Of a DNA stretch of 64,000 nucleotides, positions 1-12,456 are shown piece by piece. Source of the DNA: Pseudomonadota bacterium (GTDB lineage Bacteria; Pseudomonadota; Gammaproteobacteria; Burkholderiales; SG8-39). How positions within the stretch are numbered: position 1 is the first letter of the stretch; each line of letters opens with the position of its first letter. Below the pieces are notes generated by a model. It had not been told where the DNA came from. It searched no databases and saw only the letters and a list, made by a program, of their open reading frames with translations. A program made the position numbers and the translations under genes. The stretch lies in NCBI GenBank assembly GCA_043805375.1, contig JAZDIA010000034.1, positions 9,916 through 73,915 on the forward strand, written 5' to 3'.

Positions 1-237
1 AAAACCTTCCCGAAAGCGCTGCACCCGGCCGCCTTCATGATCGACCGCGATCAGCAGCTCGGGCTTGCGCAAGGCACGGATGGCAGCCGTCAGTTCGCAT
101 AGCTGCTGCGGCGAGCGGTAATTGCGCGAGAACAGGATGACGCCGCCGACCAGGGGGTGGCGCAACAGTTGGCCCTCGGCCGCGCTCAATTCCGGACCCG
201 CTATATCGAGCATCACCGGACCCAGGGCTTCACTCAT
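1..237 (-). CDS. nagZ: beta-N-acetylhexosaminidase NagZ, N-terminal part (gene runs off the window start)
   Basis: Minus-strand translation from the ATG at 235-237 gives [40 protein letters not shown]...[14 protein letters not shown], a GH3 NagZ-type N-terminus. It is absent from the ORF track because it is truncated by the window edge. Confidence 0.7.
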   Translation of the reverse strand, partial: MSEALGPVMLDIAGPELSAAEGQLLRHPLVGGVILFSRNYRSPQQLCELTAAIRALRKPELLIAVDHEGGRVQRFREGF

Positions 238-619
238 GGTCTTGGCCCTCGAGGACCACGAAGGCACAGGCCATCTCGACTTCGTCGCTCAAGCTCAAGT
301 GCGCGCGGCTGACGCCGCGCTCCTCGAGCAGCGCGGCGAGCGGCTCCGAAAACTCCAGATACGGCCTGCCCGAGCGCTCGTTGGCGACGCTGACGTTGTG
401 CCAGTTGACCGGAAAACGGATGCCCGTGCCCATGGCTTTGGAAAATGCTTCCTTGGCGGCGAAGCGCTTGGCGAGGTAGTGGGCCGGCTTCGCATGCGCG
501 CAAAAGCGCCGATATTCGTCATCGACCAGGACCCGCTGCGCGAAGCGATGGCCGAAGCGCGCCAGCGCCCGCTCGATGCGGTGGATATCGATCAGGTCGG
601 TGCCAATGCCGAGGATCAC
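230..619 (-). CDS. acpS: holo-[acyl-carrier-protein] synthase
   Basis: 129-aa ORF starting [18 protein letters not shown], an AcpS-type N-terminus. It overlaps the pdxJ stop by 4 nt, the classic pdxJ-acpS pairing. Confidence 0.85.
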   Translation of the reverse strand: MILGIGTDLIDIHRIERALARFGHRFAQRVLVDDEYRRFCAHAKPAHYLAKRFAAKEAFSKAMGTGIRFPVNWHNVSVANERSGRPYLEFSEPLAALLEERGVSRAHLSLSDEVEMACAFVVLEGQDHE

Positions 620-1341
620 GCGCGCCGGGCTTCGGTCATCAGCCGTTTCATCTCGCGCACTGCCGCCTCCCAGCCGATGAATAGGGCCTGTGCCACGATC
701 GCGTGGCCGATATTGAGTTCGGCGATGCCCGGCACGGCGGCGATCGGCCCGACATTGTCGTAGTTCAAGCCATGGCCCGCGTTCACCTTCAGGCCGACGC
801 GCTTGCCATACTCGACCGCGCCGCAGATGCGGCGTAACTCGGCCAGTTGTTCTTCTCCTGCCGTGTCGGCGTAATGACCGGTGTGAAGCTCGATCACCGG
901 CGCGCCGGCGGCCTTGGCCGCGTCGATCTGGGCAGTATCGGCGTCGATGAACAGCGACACGCGAATGCCCGATCCGCCCAGCATTCCGCAGGCGTCGCGC
1001 ACGCGCTCGAACTGGCTGACGACGTCGAGCCCGCCCTCGGTGGTCAGCTCCATGCGCCGCTCCGGCACCAGGCAGACATCGTGCGGACGGATGCCGAGCG
1101 CGATCTGCAGCATTTCGGGCGTCACTGCGGACTCCAGGTTCATGCGCGTGGTCAGTTGCGCGCGCAGGGTCTCGACATCGCGGTCCTGGATGTGACGGCG
1201 GTCCTCGCGCAAATGCAGAGTGATGGCATCGGCGCCGGCGCCCTCGGCAAGCAAGGCGGCGCGCAGCGGATCCGGGTATGTCGTGCCGCGCACCTGGCGC
1301 AGCGTGGCCACGTGGTCGATATTCACGCCGAGTTCGATCAC
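616..1341 (-). CDS. pdxJ: pyridoxine 5'-phosphate synthase
   Basis: 241-aa ORF starting [25 protein letters not shown], with [12 protein letters not shown], both typical PdxJ motifs. recO-pdxJ-acpS synteny. Confidence 0.9.
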   Translation of the reverse strand: MIELGVNIDHVATLRQVRGTTYPDPLRAALLAEGAGADAITLHLREDRRHIQDRDVETLRAQLTTRMNLESAVTPEMLQIALGIRPHDVCLVPERRMELTTEGGLDVVSQFERVRDACGMLGGSGIRVSLFIDADTAQIDAAKAAGAPVIELHTGHYADTAGEEQLAELRRICGAVEYGKRVGLKVNAGHGLNYDNVGPIAAVPGIAELNIGHAIVAQALFIGWEAAVREMKRLMTEARRA

Positions 1342-2060
1342 AGTTGTTGCAGCTCCTCGAATATGCGCCGGCTGTTGAGCGGCTTTTGCTCCAGCAGATG
1401 GCTGATCAGCAGGCGCATCAACGCCTTCGCCTGCTGCAGGGTCAGCGGATCGCTGTAGTCATCGCGCACCATGTCGAGCAGCGTCTGTCCCGACAGCACC
1501 AGTCCCGGGTGCGCAGCGCCATTCACCGCTATTGGCCCGCGTTCCGCTTCGTAAGCATAAGACCGGTACGGGTCGATCTCCCCGCCGCTGACGCTGTCGC
1601 GGTCCAGCGCCAGCGCATATCCCAGTTCGCGCAGCAGAGCCTTTTCGAAACGGCGCAGCACCGCACCGGGCTCCGGTTCCTCGGCCAGGCGCGCGAGCGC
1701 CGCCTGATAGTCGAGGAACAGCTTCTCGTGCGCGTCTTCACGCGGCAGCAGCTTCAACAGCAACTCGTTGAGATAGAAGCCGCACAAGAGCGCCCTGCCC
1801 TGCAGGCGCGGCTGCCCGCCTTGCCATTCGGCGCGCAGCAGCAGGCGCAGCTCGCCGCGCCCGGACCAGGACAGGCCCAGAGGCTGGAATGCCATGATGC
1901 TGCCGCGCAGCGCTGAACGCGGGCGTTTGGCCCCGCGCGCCACCATGGCGACGCGGCCATGCGAACGGGTGAAGGTTTCCACCACCAGACTGGTCTCGCG
2001 GAAGGGGTAGGTATGCAGGACGTATCCGGGCTGATTGTCCTGTCGTGCGTGCGCGCTCAT
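1338..2060 (-). CDS. recO: DNA repair protein RecO
   Basis: 240-aa ORF with [26 protein letters not shown], a RecO OB-fold N-terminus. Lies between era and pdxJ. Confidence 0.85.
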   Translation of the reverse strand: MSAHARQDNQPGYVLHTYPFRETSLVVETFTRSHGRVAMVARGAKRPRSALRGSIMAFQPLGLSWSGRGELRLLLRAEWQGGQPRLQGRALLCGFYLNELLLKLLPREDAHEKLFLDYQAALARLAEEPEPGAVLRRFEKALLRELGYALALDRDSVSGGEIDPYRSYAYEAERGPIAVNGAAHPGLVLSGQTLLDMVRDDYSDPLTLQQAKALMRLLISHLLEQKPLNSRRIFEELQQL

Positions 2061-2115
2061 TGGACTACCTTGCCGCTGCGCGTCAAGGATTCGCCCTTGG
2101 GGCGGCCCGTCGGGC

Positions 2116-3009
2116 TCATGGCTCGAATCCCAGGTTCCTGAGTGCGCGTTCGTCGTCGGCCCAGCCCTGTTTGACTTTGACCCAGATCTGCAGGAACACC
2201 TTGCCGCCGAACAGCATCTCCATGTCGCGCCGCGCCTCGGTCCCGATCAGCTTCAGCTTCTCGCCGCCCTTGCCGATGACCATCGCCTTGTGGCTGGCTT
2301 TGTCGACGATGATGGCCGCATGGATGCGGCGCAGTTTCCCCTCGGTTTCGAATTTTTCGATAGCCGTGCTGGCGCCATAAGGCAGCTCGTCGCCGAGCTG
2401 TCGAAATAATTTCTCGCGCACCAGCTCCGCCGCGAGAAAACGCTCGCTGCGATCGGTCACCTCGCCAGCCGGGTAGATCGCCGGCTGCTGCGGCAGGTGC
2501 GCTCGCAGCGTTTGCAGCAATCGATCCGTCTGCTCCCCGCTCTTGCCGCTTATCGGCACGATGTCCGAGAAAGCACGCTCGGCCTGCGCTTTGGCAAGCA
2601 AAGGCAACAACAGCTTTTTGTCCGCGAGGCGATCTATTTTATTTACCGCCAGCACCGCCGGGTGTCCCGCGGGCAGAAGAGCGAACACCTGTCGGTCTTC
2701 GCGACTGATGCGTCCGGCTTCGATCACCACAAGGATCGCTTCCACGTCCCGCAGCGCCTGGGTGACGCTGCGGTTCATCAGGCGGTTCAGGGCGCCCGCG
2801 TTCTTGGTTTGAAAGCCAGGCGTGTCGACAAACACGTACTGCGTGTCCGCACTGGTAAGAATGCCGGTGATGCGATGGCGCGTGGTCTGCGCCTTGCGCG
2901 AGGTGATGCTGATTTTTTCCCCGACCAGATGGTTCAGCAGCGTCGACTTGCCGACATTGGGCCGGCCGATGATGGCGATGGTGCCGCAGCGAAAACCTGC
3001 GGGCTTCAT
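2116..3009 (-). CDS. era: GTPase Era
   Basis: G1 motif [17 protein letters not shown], and a C-terminal KH domain. I moved the start from the ORF-track maximum (3111) to the ATG at 3007-3009 (MKPAGFRCG...), which gives the usual 4-nt rnc/era overlap. Confidence 0.9.
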   Translation of the reverse strand: MKPAGFRCGTIAIIGRPNVGKSTLLNHLVGEKISITSRKAQTTRHRITGILTSADTQYVFVDTPGFQTKNAGALNRLMNRSVTQALRDVEAILVVIEAGRISREDRQVFALLPAGHPAVLAVNKIDRLADKKLLLPLLAKAQAERAFSDIVPISGKSGEQTDRLLQTLRAHLPQQPAIYPAGEVTDRSERFLAAELVREKLFRQLGDELPYGASTAIEKFETEGKLRRIHAAIIVDKASHKAMVIGKGGEKLKLIGTEARRDMEMLFGGKVFLQIWVKVKQGWADDERALRNLGFEP

Positions 3010-3674
3010 TTCTGCGTCTGTGCGAACGCGCGCCGCGCCGCTTCCTGCTCGGCAATGCGCCGGCTCGCGCCAAATCCGGTGGCACGGATCGCCAGTTGCG
3101 GGATCTGGCATTCCACCTGGAACAACTGATTATGCGCCGCGCCCTGGGTCGCCACCACGTCGTACTGCGGCAGCGCCAGTTTGCGCGCTTGCAGCAGCTC
3201 CTGCAATAAGGTCTTCGGATCTTTGCCCAGGGTTTGCGGATCGAGGTGTTCGAGCAGGGACGCGTACAGGCCGCGGATCACGCCCCCGGCTGCGGCGAAA
3301 CCTCCATCGAGAAAGACTGCGCCGAACAGGGCTTCAACGCTATCGGCCAGGATCGAAGGACGGCGGAAACCGCCGCTCCTTAACTCGCCTTCGCCCAGGC
3401 GCAGGTAACTCCCCAGATCGAGTTCCTGCGCCAATTCGGCCAGGGTCTCCTGCCGTACCAGGTTGGCGCGCAAGCGCGAAAGCTCGCCCTCCTTCAGATC
3501 GCCAAACCGCTGGTACAGTTCCTGCGCGATGCAGCAATTTAGGACGCTGTCGCCAAGAAACTCGATACGCTCGTTGTGCGGCGTGCTGTGGCTGCGGTGG
3601 GTCAGCGCCTGTTGCAGCAGGGGCGCTTGGGCGAAGCTGTAACCCAGTTTGCGTTGCAGCGGCCCGTAATCCAT
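3006..3674 (-). CDS. rnc: ribonuclease III
   Basis: 222-aa ORF with the RNase III signature [12 protein letters not shown] and a C-terminal dsRBD. Confidence 0.9.
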   Translation of the reverse strand: MDYGPLQRKLGYSFAQAPLLQQALTHRSHSTPHNERIEFLGDSVLNCCIAQELYQRFGDLKEGELSRLRANLVRQETLAELAQELDLGSYLRLGEGELRSGGFRRPSILADSVEALFGAVFLDGGFAAAGGVIRGLYASLLEHLDPQTLGKDPKTLLQELLQARKLALPQYDVVATQGAAHNQLFQVECQIPQLAIRATGFGASRRIAEQEAARRAFAQTQK

Positions 3675-3691
3675 CGCGCCGGGGGCGGGTG

Positions 3692-4069
3692 CTACTCTTT
3701 GTCCGCGCGGCCGCCGGGCGCGGTGCTGGCGGCAAAATCGATAACCACCGATACGTTGGAGAACAATGGAATCTTCTTCGAATACGCAAACGAGATGACG
3801 ACTTCGCCGGCGTCCTTGGTTACTTCCAGTTCCCCCGGAGTCACCGCCGTAATATTGTCAACGTTGGAGCGGCGCTCGAAAGCCTTGCGTATGTCGCTGA
3901 CGCTTCCGGTCCGCCCTTCGCTGGCGGCGATGCCGACGATGGCCTTCTTGGCGGTCGTGAATTCAGAGTAGGCGGGTCCGATTTTCATGGCGCCCACGGC
4001 GGCCAAGGCCAGCATTACGCCGATCAGGAAGACCACCAGGAAACTGACTCCGCGTTGCTTGTTGCGCAT
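3692..4069 (-). CDS. DUF4845-type small membrane-anchored protein
   Basis: 125 aa with one N-terminal TM helix ([21 protein letters not shown]). Sits in the conserved position between lepB and rnc. The family name is recalled from memory. Confidence 0.6.
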   Translation of the reverse strand: MRNKQRGVSFLVVFLIGVMLALAAVGAMKIGPAYSEFTTAKKAIVGIAASEGRTGSVSDIRKAFERRSNVDNITAVTPGELEVTKDAGEVVISFAYSKKIPLFSNVSVVIDFAASTAPGGRADKE

Positions 4070-4082
4070 GATTGCAAGCTCC

Positions 4083-4871
4083 CTATTTGAACTGTCCGAA
4101 GCGTCTCAGTTCACTGAAATTGAACCAGATAAAAAACGCCTTGCCGACGATATTCGCCTCGGGCAAGAAGCCCCATACGCGACTGTCGCTGCTGTTGTCG
4201 CGGTTGTCACCCATCATGAAGTAATGACCCGGCGGAACCGTGCACGCCATGCCGTTACTATTGTAAATGCAATTTTCCCGTTGCGGGAACTGTTTTACAT
4301 AGGGCAGCGCTGCCGCCTCGCTCGTATCGACCAGGATCGCGTGCTCGGTCTTCCCCAGGGTTTCGGTGTAGCGCTTCAGGTACTGAATCTTGTCCCTGAG
4401 CAGGTAGTCGCCGGCCTCCTTCAGCGGCACTTCCACGCCGTTGATGGTGAGACGCTTGTTCTGGTAGTCCAGTTTGTCTCCGGGCAGGCCGACGACGCGC
4501 TTGATGTAATCGACCGTCGGATCGTCGGGGTAACGGAACACCATGACATCGCCTCTTTCGGGTTCGTTCATGTCGATGATCTTCTTGTTGCTCACTGGCA
4601 GGCGGATGCCGTAGGTGTACTTGTTGACCAGGATGAAATCGCCGACCAGCAGGGTCGGGATCATTGAGCCCGACGGGATCTTGAATGGCTCCACCAGAAA
4701 CGAGCGCAGCAGGAATACGATCAGGATCACCGGGAAAAAGCTCTTCGGATATTCGATCCACCAGGACTCTTTCGCCCCGGCGGCGCGGCGCTTGCCGAAA
4801 TAGACCGCATCCAGAGCCGTCACGGCGCCGGTGATCACCAGCAGAACGAAAAGCAGTAGTGCGAAATTCAT
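4083..4871 (-). CDS. lepB: signal peptidase I
   Basis: S26 boxes PSGSMIPTL (catalytic Ser) and GDNRDNSSDSR. Start set to the ATG at 4869-4871 (MNFALLLFVLL...) instead of the ORF maximum at 5012, which would overlap lepA. Confidence 0.9.
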   Translation of the reverse strand: MNFALLLFVLLVITGAVTALDAVYFGKRRAAGAKESWWIEYPKSFFPVILIVFLLRSFLVEPFKIPSGSMIPTLLVGDFILVNKYTYGIRLPVSNKKIIDMNEPERGDVMVFRYPDDPTVDYIKRVVGLPGDKLDYQNKRLTINGVEVPLKEAGDYLLRDKIQYLKRYTETLGKTEHAILVDTSEAAALPYVKQFPQRENCIYNSNGMACTVPPGHYFMMGDNRDNSSDSRVWGFLPEANIVGKAFFIWFNFSELRRFGQFK

Positions 4872-4879
4872 TGGTTTTC

Positions 4880-6670
<1,791 letters not shown>

Positions 6671-6671
6671 G

Positions 6672-6698
6672 AAAAAGGGTGCCTGCATGGCACCCTTT
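6672..6698 (-). terminator. stem-loop between the glutaredoxin-like gene and lepA
   Basis: Perfect 10-bp stem aaagggtgcc/ggcacccttt (6674-6683 and 6689-6698) with a 5-nt loop. On the minus strand it runs into a T tract just before the lepA ATG. Confidence 0.45.
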
Positions 6699-6718
6699 GA
6701 AGAATAACATTCGGTATT

Positions 6719-6988
6719 TTAACGGATTTTGACCAGATGAGCACGAACTTTCCCGGCATCCAGATGATAATGGCACAACTCGGCGCCGGCGTGCATCAGC
6801 ACCGGCACCAGGGTATCGAAACGCTGTTCCAGAACCGGATCGCTGTCGATATCGATCACCTCGAGCGCGAACCCGAATTCGCCGCGCAGGGTGCCCAGCG
6901 CGGCGAGCATTTCATCGCACAGGTGGCAGTAGCTGCGGCTGTAGAGCGTCAGCCGCAGCGTCGCCGCATCGCCTTCGCGCGTGAGCAC
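6719..6988 (-). CDS. glutaredoxin-like (DUF836/glutaredoxin 2 family) protein
   Basis: 89 aa with a CHLC redox motif (YSRSYCHLCDEM) in a thioredoxin-fold-sized protein. Confidence 0.6.
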   Translation of the reverse strand: MLTREGDAATLRLTLYSRSYCHLCDEMLAALGTLRGEFGFALEVIDIDSDPVLEQRFDTLVPVLMHAGAELCHYHLDAGKVRAHLVKIR

Positions 6989-6998
6989 AGTGTCGGAC

Positions 6999-8411
6999 TT
7001 ACTTGTCGTTCAGACCCGTGATGGTGACGAAACTCTGGTTCTCGCCGCGGCGCACGTGCAAAGTGATCGTGGCGGCTTTGTCTATGGCGTTTAGCGCCTT
7101 GTTGAACTGCGCCACGCTCTTGGCCTCGGTATTGTTGCCCTTGTGGATCAGCGCCAGGATGATGTCGCCCTTGCGCAGGTCTCCGTGCGGTTGGCCGCGC
7201 ACTTCGTCCACCACCAAGCCGCTCGCGATCTTCAGTTCCTTGCGCTGCTCGTCCGTGATCTCAGACAACACCAGACCTAGGCGGTTGGCGGCCGCTTCCG
7301 CCGGCTTGGCGCGTCTGCTTTCGCGGCTGGCCTGCTTCTCCTCCGGAATCTCGCCCACGCTCAGCGTCAGATCCTTGACCGCACCCTTGCGCCATACCTG
7401 CAGGACCACTTTGCTGCCCGGGCGGGTTGCGCCGACGATCCGCGGCAAGTCGCTCGAGTTCGAGACGCTCTTGCCGTCGAACTTGATGATGACGTCGCTT
7501 ACCTCCACTCCGGCCTTGTCCGCCGGGCCGCCTTTCTCCACCGCGTTGATCAGGGCGCCCTCGGGCTTGGCCAGGCCGAAGGAATCGGCCAGTTCCTTGG
7601 TCACCTCCTGGATCACCACGCCGATGCGGCCGCGAGTGACGCGTCCGGTGCTGCGCAATTGGTTTTGCACGTCCAGCGCGAGGTCGATGGGGATGGCGAA
7701 TGACAGCCCCATGTAGCCGCCGGTACGGCTGTAGATCTGCGAGTTGATGCCGACCACCTCGCCGCGCAGGTTGAACAGCGGGCCGCCCGAGTTGCCCGGG
7801 TTCACCGCGGCGTCGGTCTGAATGAAGGGCACCAGGTTTTCCTGCGGCAGCGAGCGGCCCTTGCCGCTGACGATACCGGCGGTCACGGTGTTGTCGAAAC
7901 CGAAAGGCGAACCGATCGCCAGCACCCATTCGCCCACCTTGAGCTTGTTCGGATCGCCCAGCTTGACCATGGGGAGCCCGGCCGCCTCGATCTTGATCAG
8001 CGCCACGTCGGTGCGCTTGTCGGCGCCGATGACCTTGGCCTTGAATTCGTGTTTATCGTTGAGGCGTACCGTGATCTCGTCTGCTCCATCGACGACGTGC
8101 GCGTTGGTAAGAATGTAGCCGTCGGCGCTGATGATGAAACCCGAACCCAGCGAGCGGGTGGAGAACCCGTGGGGCCCCTGGCCGGGATTCGGGGGGGCAA
8201 AGCGGCGGAAGAATTCGTAGAACGGGTCGTCCTCGTCCAGATTCGGCATTTGCGGCATTTTCGCTTGCTCGCGCACGTTTTGCGCGGTGCTGATATTGAC
8301 CACCGCCGGCCCCTGCTTTTCCACCAATTCGGTGAAATCGGGCAAATCGCGCGCTTGGGCAAAGACGCTCAGCGGAAGCAACAACAGCCATAGGAAAAGT
8401 AGTTTTCGCAT
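6999..8411 (-). CDS. mucD: periplasmic serine endoprotease, DegP/DegQ/MucD family
   Basis: 470 aa with a signal peptide, trypsin-like motifs TNAHVV and GNSGGPL, and two PDZ-length C-terminal segments. Located downstream of rpoE-rseA-rseB. Confidence 0.85.
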   Translation of the reverse strand: MRKLLFLWLLLLPLSVFAQARDLPDFTELVEKQGPAVVNISTAQNVREQAKMPQMPNLDEDDPFYEFFRRFAPPNPGQGPHGFSTRSLGSGFIISADGYILTNAHVVDGADEITVRLNDKHEFKAKVIGADKRTDVALIKIEAAGLPMVKLGDPNKLKVGEWVLAIGSPFGFDNTVTAGIVSGKGRSLPQENLVPFIQTDAAVNPGNSGGPLFNLRGEVVGINSQIYSRTGGYMGLSFAIPIDLALDVQNQLRSTGRVTRGRIGVVIQEVTKELADSFGLAKPEGALINAVEKGGPADKAGVEVSDVIIKFDGKSVSNSSDLPRIVGATRPGSKVVLQVWRKGAVKDLTLSVGEIPEEKQASRESRRAKPAEAAANRLGLVLSEITDEQRKELKIASGLVVDEVRGQPHGDLRKGDIILALIHKGNNTEAKSVAQFNKALNAIDKAATITLHVRRGENQSFVTITGLNDK

Positions 8412-8485
8412 CGTTATGTCCTTTCTTGCGCTTTATGGAGTATTACAGAAAAAAGTTCTGCTGCGGACCTGCGTGCTTTGTTTGA

Positions 8486-9439
8486 TCAAGGCTTGCGGTA
8501 TACCACCGATTCCGCAAATTTCTCCACGCTTTCGGCCGGCGCTTCCCCGACCACGGTGACCAGATGATTGTCTATCTGCCGGCTGTAGATGTGGATCGCG
8601 CCCTGGCGCGATAGTCCCGGGTGCAAGGAGGTCTTGTTCGCCATCGGCTCGATGAACACCGAGACCGCCGCCAGCCCGTCGGAATAGACCACATGGCCGA
8701 CCTCGCTGGAGCCGCCCTGGGTGCGTTTCATCTCGGTTATTTTCCTGAAGCCGTGCAGTTCCGGTTTGATGGTCCAGCCGGATGCGGCCAGACTGGCCGC
8801 GACGGCCCCGGAATTCTCGACACGCCAGGCGCGCGACTTGGCGAGAAACTTGGACTTGAGCTGGCCGTGGTCGATCTTGCCGCCGATCTCGATCTGGGTG
8901 AAAGCGAACTGCTCGACCACCTCGTTTTTGTCGTCTAAGGTCTGGGACTTGAGCAGCATGCCGGTGTCGGTGTCGGCCCACAACCTGCGGCCGTAGCGTA
9001 GCTTGTCCTTGGGCTCGAGCACGATCGCCTGGCAGTCGTAGCCGGCGATGCGCTCGATCCCTTCCTTGGTCACCCCGTAGTGCTCGCCGATATCCTGCAG
9101 GTTGGCTGGCAACAGCGCCGGAAACACCTTGTGATCGGTCTGCCGGTCGACTCTCACCGTTTTGCTGTCTGGCAGGTAGCACTTCACCTCATCGCCGCTC
9201 CGGACGATCTCGCGCGACTCGCCTTCCAGCGTCTCCAGTCGCTCGTTCACCCCGTGCCGCCCAGCCACGTGGACGATGCGCAAAGTTTCGGCCTGGTCGC
9301 CGCTGTGGTAGACAAAAGTTCCCGTATAGCTGAGCGTTTGCGTTGCCGCACGGATGCGTTCCAGCCACGACAGCGCATCGCCCCCGGCCCACGCCGACTG
9401 AGCCGACAGCGCGAGCAACAGCACGGCCGCGATTCTCAT
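8486..9439 (-). CDS. rseB: sigma-E factor regulatory protein RseB/MucB
   Basis: 317 aa with a signal peptide. Has a 4-nt overlap with the upstream anti-sigma gene and sits in the rseB position of the operon. Confidence 0.8.
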   Translation of the reverse strand: MRIAAVLLLALSAQSAWAGGDALSWLERIRAATQTLSYTGTFVYHSGDQAETLRIVHVAGRHGVNERLETLEGESREIVRSGDEVKCYLPDSKTVRVDRQTDHKVFPALLPANLQDIGEHYGVTKEGIERIAGYDCQAIVLEPKDKLRYGRRLWADTDTGMLLKSQTLDDKNEVVEQFAFTQIEIGGKIDHGQLKSKFLAKSRAWRVENSGAVAASLAASGWTIKPELHGFRKITEMKRTQGGSSEVGHVVYSDGLAAVSVFIEPMANKTSLHPGLSRQGAIHIYSRQIDNHLVTVVGEAPAESVEKFAESVVYRKP

Positions 9440-9927
9440 CGACGCACGCCGCTCCGCTCTTCGGCCACGGTGCGCACATAGGGCGCAACCCCCTGCATCG
9501 CGTTGCTGGGGGAATAGCGCTGATGCGCGAGCAGATAGTCCTTCGCGCCCTTGCCTGCAGGCACCGCGACCCGTCTGACTTCGGTCTTGGCAGCAATCTG
9601 CAGCGAATCCTGCTGCAGACCAGGCAAAGCCATCCAGCCGACGAATGCCACTGCGGCGATGCTCGCCGCCACCGACAAGGCTAACCAGCGCAGCTTCTCC
9701 GCCGTGTTGCGCCGCCTCGGCGCAAGCACCGTGGGCTCAGCTTCGAGCTGGGCGCAGATTCTGGCACACAGATCCGGACCCTGCACGCCGCGCAGGGCAT
9801 CCCCGATCAGGTGATAGCAGTCCCAGTCGCCGCGCAAATCGGCATCGCGTTTGAGTTGCAACGGAAGCTGGCGGGCGTGCTCGCTCTCCAACTCTCCATC
9901 CATCCAGGTGGATAAATTTTCTGTCAT
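9436..9927 (-). CDS. rseA: anti-sigma-E factor RseA/MucA
   Basis: Start at the ATG 9925-9927 gives MTENLSTWMDGELE, the conserved RseA N-terminal motif. There is a single central TM segment (LALSVAASIAAVAFVGW). Confidence 0.7.
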   Translation of the reverse strand: MTENLSTWMDGELESEHARQLPLQLKRDADLRGDWDCYHLIGDALRGVQGPDLCARICAQLEAEPTVLAPRRRNTAEKLRWLALSVAASIAAVAFVGWMALPGLQQDSLQIAAKTEVRRVAVPAGKGAKDYLLAHQRYSPSNAMQGVAPYVRTVAEERSGVRR

Positions 9928-9931
9928 GGCG

Positions 9932-10531
9932 TCACCATCTCTTGTCTTTGGATAGGTCCAGCAGCGGCCGCAACTCCCCGGCGATCGCCTCGCGCGCACG
10001 GTAGATGCGGGAGCGCACCGTGCCGATGGGGCAATCCATTATTTTCGCGATATCTTCGTAGTTCATGCCATCGATCTCGCGCAGAATTATCGCCGCCCTC
10101 AGTTCCGCAGGCAGCCGATCCATGCTTCGGTTCACTGTTTGCGCGATCTGCTTGCTCATCAGCAGATTCTCCGGCGTATTGAGGTCGCGCAACTGATCAC
10201 CGTCGTCAAACCCTTCCGCCTCTTCCGCGTCGTAGTTGGTTGTTGTAGGCACGTGCCGGCCCATTGACGCCAGGTAGTTCTTCGCGGTATTGATGCCGAT
10301 CCGGTAAAGCCAGGTATAGAAAGCGCTGTCGCCACGGAACGAAGGCAATGCCCGGTAGGCCTTGATGAAAGCCTCCTGGGTCACATCCTCGACCTCGGCC
10401 TGATCGTGGATGAAGCGTGATAGCAGACGCCCGAGCTTGCGCTGATATTTGCTGACCAGCAACTCGAAGGCATACTTGTCGCCCTGTTGTGCACGCTCGA
10501 CCAGTTGCTGGTCAATGTCGCGCTCACCCAT
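9932..10531 (-). CDS. rpoE: RNA polymerase sigma-E (ECF sigma-24)
   Basis: Start at the ATG 10529-10531 gives MGERDIDQQLVERAQQGDKYAFELLVSKYQRK, a typical RpoE/AlgU N-terminus, with region 4 HTH YEDIAKIMDCPIGTVRSRI. Confidence 0.9.
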   Translation of the reverse strand: MGERDIDQQLVERAQQGDKYAFELLVSKYQRKLGRLLSRFIHDQAEVEDVTQEAFIKAYRALPSFRGDSAFYTWLYRIGINTAKNYLASMGRHVPTTTNYDAEEAEGFDDGDQLRDLNTPENLLMSKQIAQTVNRSMDRLPAELRAAIILREIDGMNYEDIAKIMDCPIGTVRSRIYRAREAIAGELRPLLDLSKDKRW

Positions 10532-10759
10532 GCACCGCCCTTCCCCGAAGCCCCGAGTCTGCTTTTCGTTCGTCCTGCTCAGGTGGGGTTCAGTATACGC
10601 CAACTGCGCAGGCGCCCGCGGGAACACGGCGCCCTGGACGAAGTCCAGTTCAAGCATTTCGATCGGCGCCGCACTGCTACCGGGAAACTTCAAGTCCTAC
10701 CTCGCACACATAGGAGCACATAGTACGATGAATGTCTGACCGCAGCGCGCGCAGTAAGT

Positions 10760-11122
10760 TCACGGCCGAGCGCATCGCCAGCGCAGCCAGACACGCAGCC
10801 GGCGCAATTCCTCCGCCGCGGCGCAGTCGGGCAATAGCACCAGGCGCCGGCCGCGCCCTCCGGGCGCACCCAGATTCACCACTACCAGCCAGTTCGATAC
10901 GTAATTGCCGGGCTGTATCTCGGCCTCGTTCCATTGCCCCGAGCCGTCTTGCCAGCGGGCATCGCTTTTCGCCCTCACTTCCAGCGCGCGCACGGCGCGC
11001 CGGCCCAGTTGCAGGGCCGGTGCAAGGTGCCAAATCCAGGCTAAAACTATGCCTGTCGCGGCCGGCAGGAAACCAAAGCGCGGCAGGCTGATCCAGGTAC
11101 AAGCAAGCGCCGCGCCAGCCAT
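10760..11122 (-). CDS. YgfX/CptA-like small inner-membrane protein (start uncertain)
   Basis: The ORF-track maximum (to 11296) overlaps the fabF 3' end. Two hydrophobic segments are followed by ...WQDGSGQW...LLPDCAAAEELRRLRVWLRW, which resembles the YgfX layout. No good start codon could be fixed. Confidence 0.35.
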   Translation of the reverse strand: MAGAALACTWISLPRFGFLPAATGIVLAWIWHLAPALQLGRRAVRALEVRAKSDARWQDGSGQWNEAEIQPGNYVSNWLVVVNLGAPGGRGRRLVLLPDCAAAEELRRLRVWLRWRCARP

Positions 11123-11181
11123 GAGCGTCAAAGCCAATGCAAGAACGCGGGAAGGTCTCAGCGTGACGGTGAGAGTCTGAC

Positions 11182-12420
11182 TCAAACCCGGCCGAATACC
11201 AGGGTGCCGTTGGTGCCGCCAAAACCGAAGGAATTCGACAGCGCCACGTTGATTTTCATCCGGCGCGCCGTATTCGGTACATAGTCCAGGTCGCATTGCG
11301 GATCCTGATTGAAGATATTGATCGTGGGCGGCGCCGTCTGCTCGGACACGGCAAGCGCCGAAAACACGGCTTCCACCCCCCCCGCGGCACCCAGCAGGTG
11401 CCCGGTCATGGACTTGGTCGAACTGAGCGCAACTCTTGTCGCGTGCGTGCCGAGGCTGCGCTTGACTGCAGTGGTCTCGGCGAGATCCCCCAAGGGGGTC
11501 GAGGTGCCATGGGCGTTGATGTAATCCACCTGGTCGGCGTTCAGGCGCGCGTTGCGGAGCGCGCTGTTCATGCAGCGTGCCGCGCCTTCGCCATCCTCGC
11601 GCGGAGCCGTCATGTGGAAGGCATCGCCGCTCATGCCGTAACCCGCAAGTTCGGCGTAAATTTTCGCGCCGCGTGCCCGGGCACGCTCGTACTCCTCCAG
11701 CACCAGCACGCCCGCGCCCTCTCCAAGCACAAAACCATCGCGGTCGCGGTCCCAGGGACGGCTGGCGCCGGCTGGGTCGTCGTTACGGGTCGAAAGCGCG
11801 CGCGCCTGGGCGAAGCCGCCCGTGGCAAGTTCGGTGACCACGGCCTCGGCGCCGCCAGCGACCATCACATCGCAATCGCCGTATTCGATCAGGCGTCCGG
11901 ATTCGCCGATGCAGTGCGTCGCCGTGGCGCACGCGGTCACCATGGCGAGATTCGGGCCTTTCAGGCCGTACTTGATCGACAGGTTCCCGGAAATCATGTT
12001 GATGATCGTGCTCGGGATGAAGAACGGCGAGATCTTGCGCGGCCCGCTCGCAAGCAACTCCCTTTGGGTTTGCTCGATCATCTGCAGACCGCCGATGCCC
12101 GAGCCGATGTTGACGCCGATGCGATCCGCGTTCTCCGGCGTAACCTGGATGCCGCAATCCCGCATCGCCTGAATGCCCGCCGCCATGCCGTAATGGATGA
12201 AGGTATCCATGTGGCGCGCTTCCTTGCGCTCCAGGTACTGGGTGAGGTCGAAATTTTTCACCTCCCCCGCGATCCGGCAGGCGAGCCGCGACGGGTCGAA
12301 ACGGCTGATTTTGGTGATGCCCGAATTGCCGGCGAGGATGTTAGCCCAGGCTTCGGTAACGCTGTTACCTACCGGGCAGATAATGCCCAACCCGGTTATC
12401 ACGACTCTGCGGCGGGACAA
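11182..12420 (-). CDS. fabF: 3-oxoacyl-ACP synthase II
   Basis: 412 aa with active-site Cys context VTACATATHCIG and the His motifs NAHGTSTP and MTGHLLGAAG. Confidence 0.92.
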   Translation of the reverse strand: MSRRRVVITGLGIICPVGNSVTEAWANILAGNSGITKISRFDPSRLACRIAGEVKNFDLTQYLERKEARHMDTFIHYGMAAGIQAMRDCGIQVTPENADRIGVNIGSGIGGLQMIEQTQRELLASGPRKISPFFIPSTIINMISGNLSIKYGLKGPNLAMVTACATATHCIGESGRLIEYGDCDVMVAGGAEAVVTELATGGFAQARALSTRNDDPAGASRPWDRDRDGFVLGEGAGVLVLEEYERARARGAKIYAELAGYGMSGDAFHMTAPREDGEGAARCMNSALRNARLNADQVDYINAHGTSTPLGDLAETTAVKRSLGTHATRVALSSTKSMTGHLLGAAGGVEAVFSALAVSEQTAPPTINIFNQDPQCDLDYVPNTARRMKINVALSNSFGFGGTNGTLVFGRV

Positions 12421-12456
12421 ATTTGCTCCGGAAAAAAGCGCGCTGGCCGCTGGAAG

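Noticed and set aside
2822-4090. 422-aa plus-strand ORF spanning era, rnc and DUF4845
   Set aside because: It is a shadow ORF opposite three well-supported minus-strand genes, with Arg/Pro/Gly-rich composition.
10532-10760. Autoregulated sigma-E promoter (GAACTT-N16-TCTGA) upstream of rpoE
   Set aside because: I found GAACTG- and GAAGTTT-like strings but no properly spaced -10 element, so this is not reported as a feature.
10677-11222. 181-aa minus-strand ORF overlapping the ygfX-like ORF in another frame
   Set aside because: Its Arg/Ala-rich composition suggests a shadow frame. The alternative frame has two clear TM segments and a YgfX-like C-terminus.
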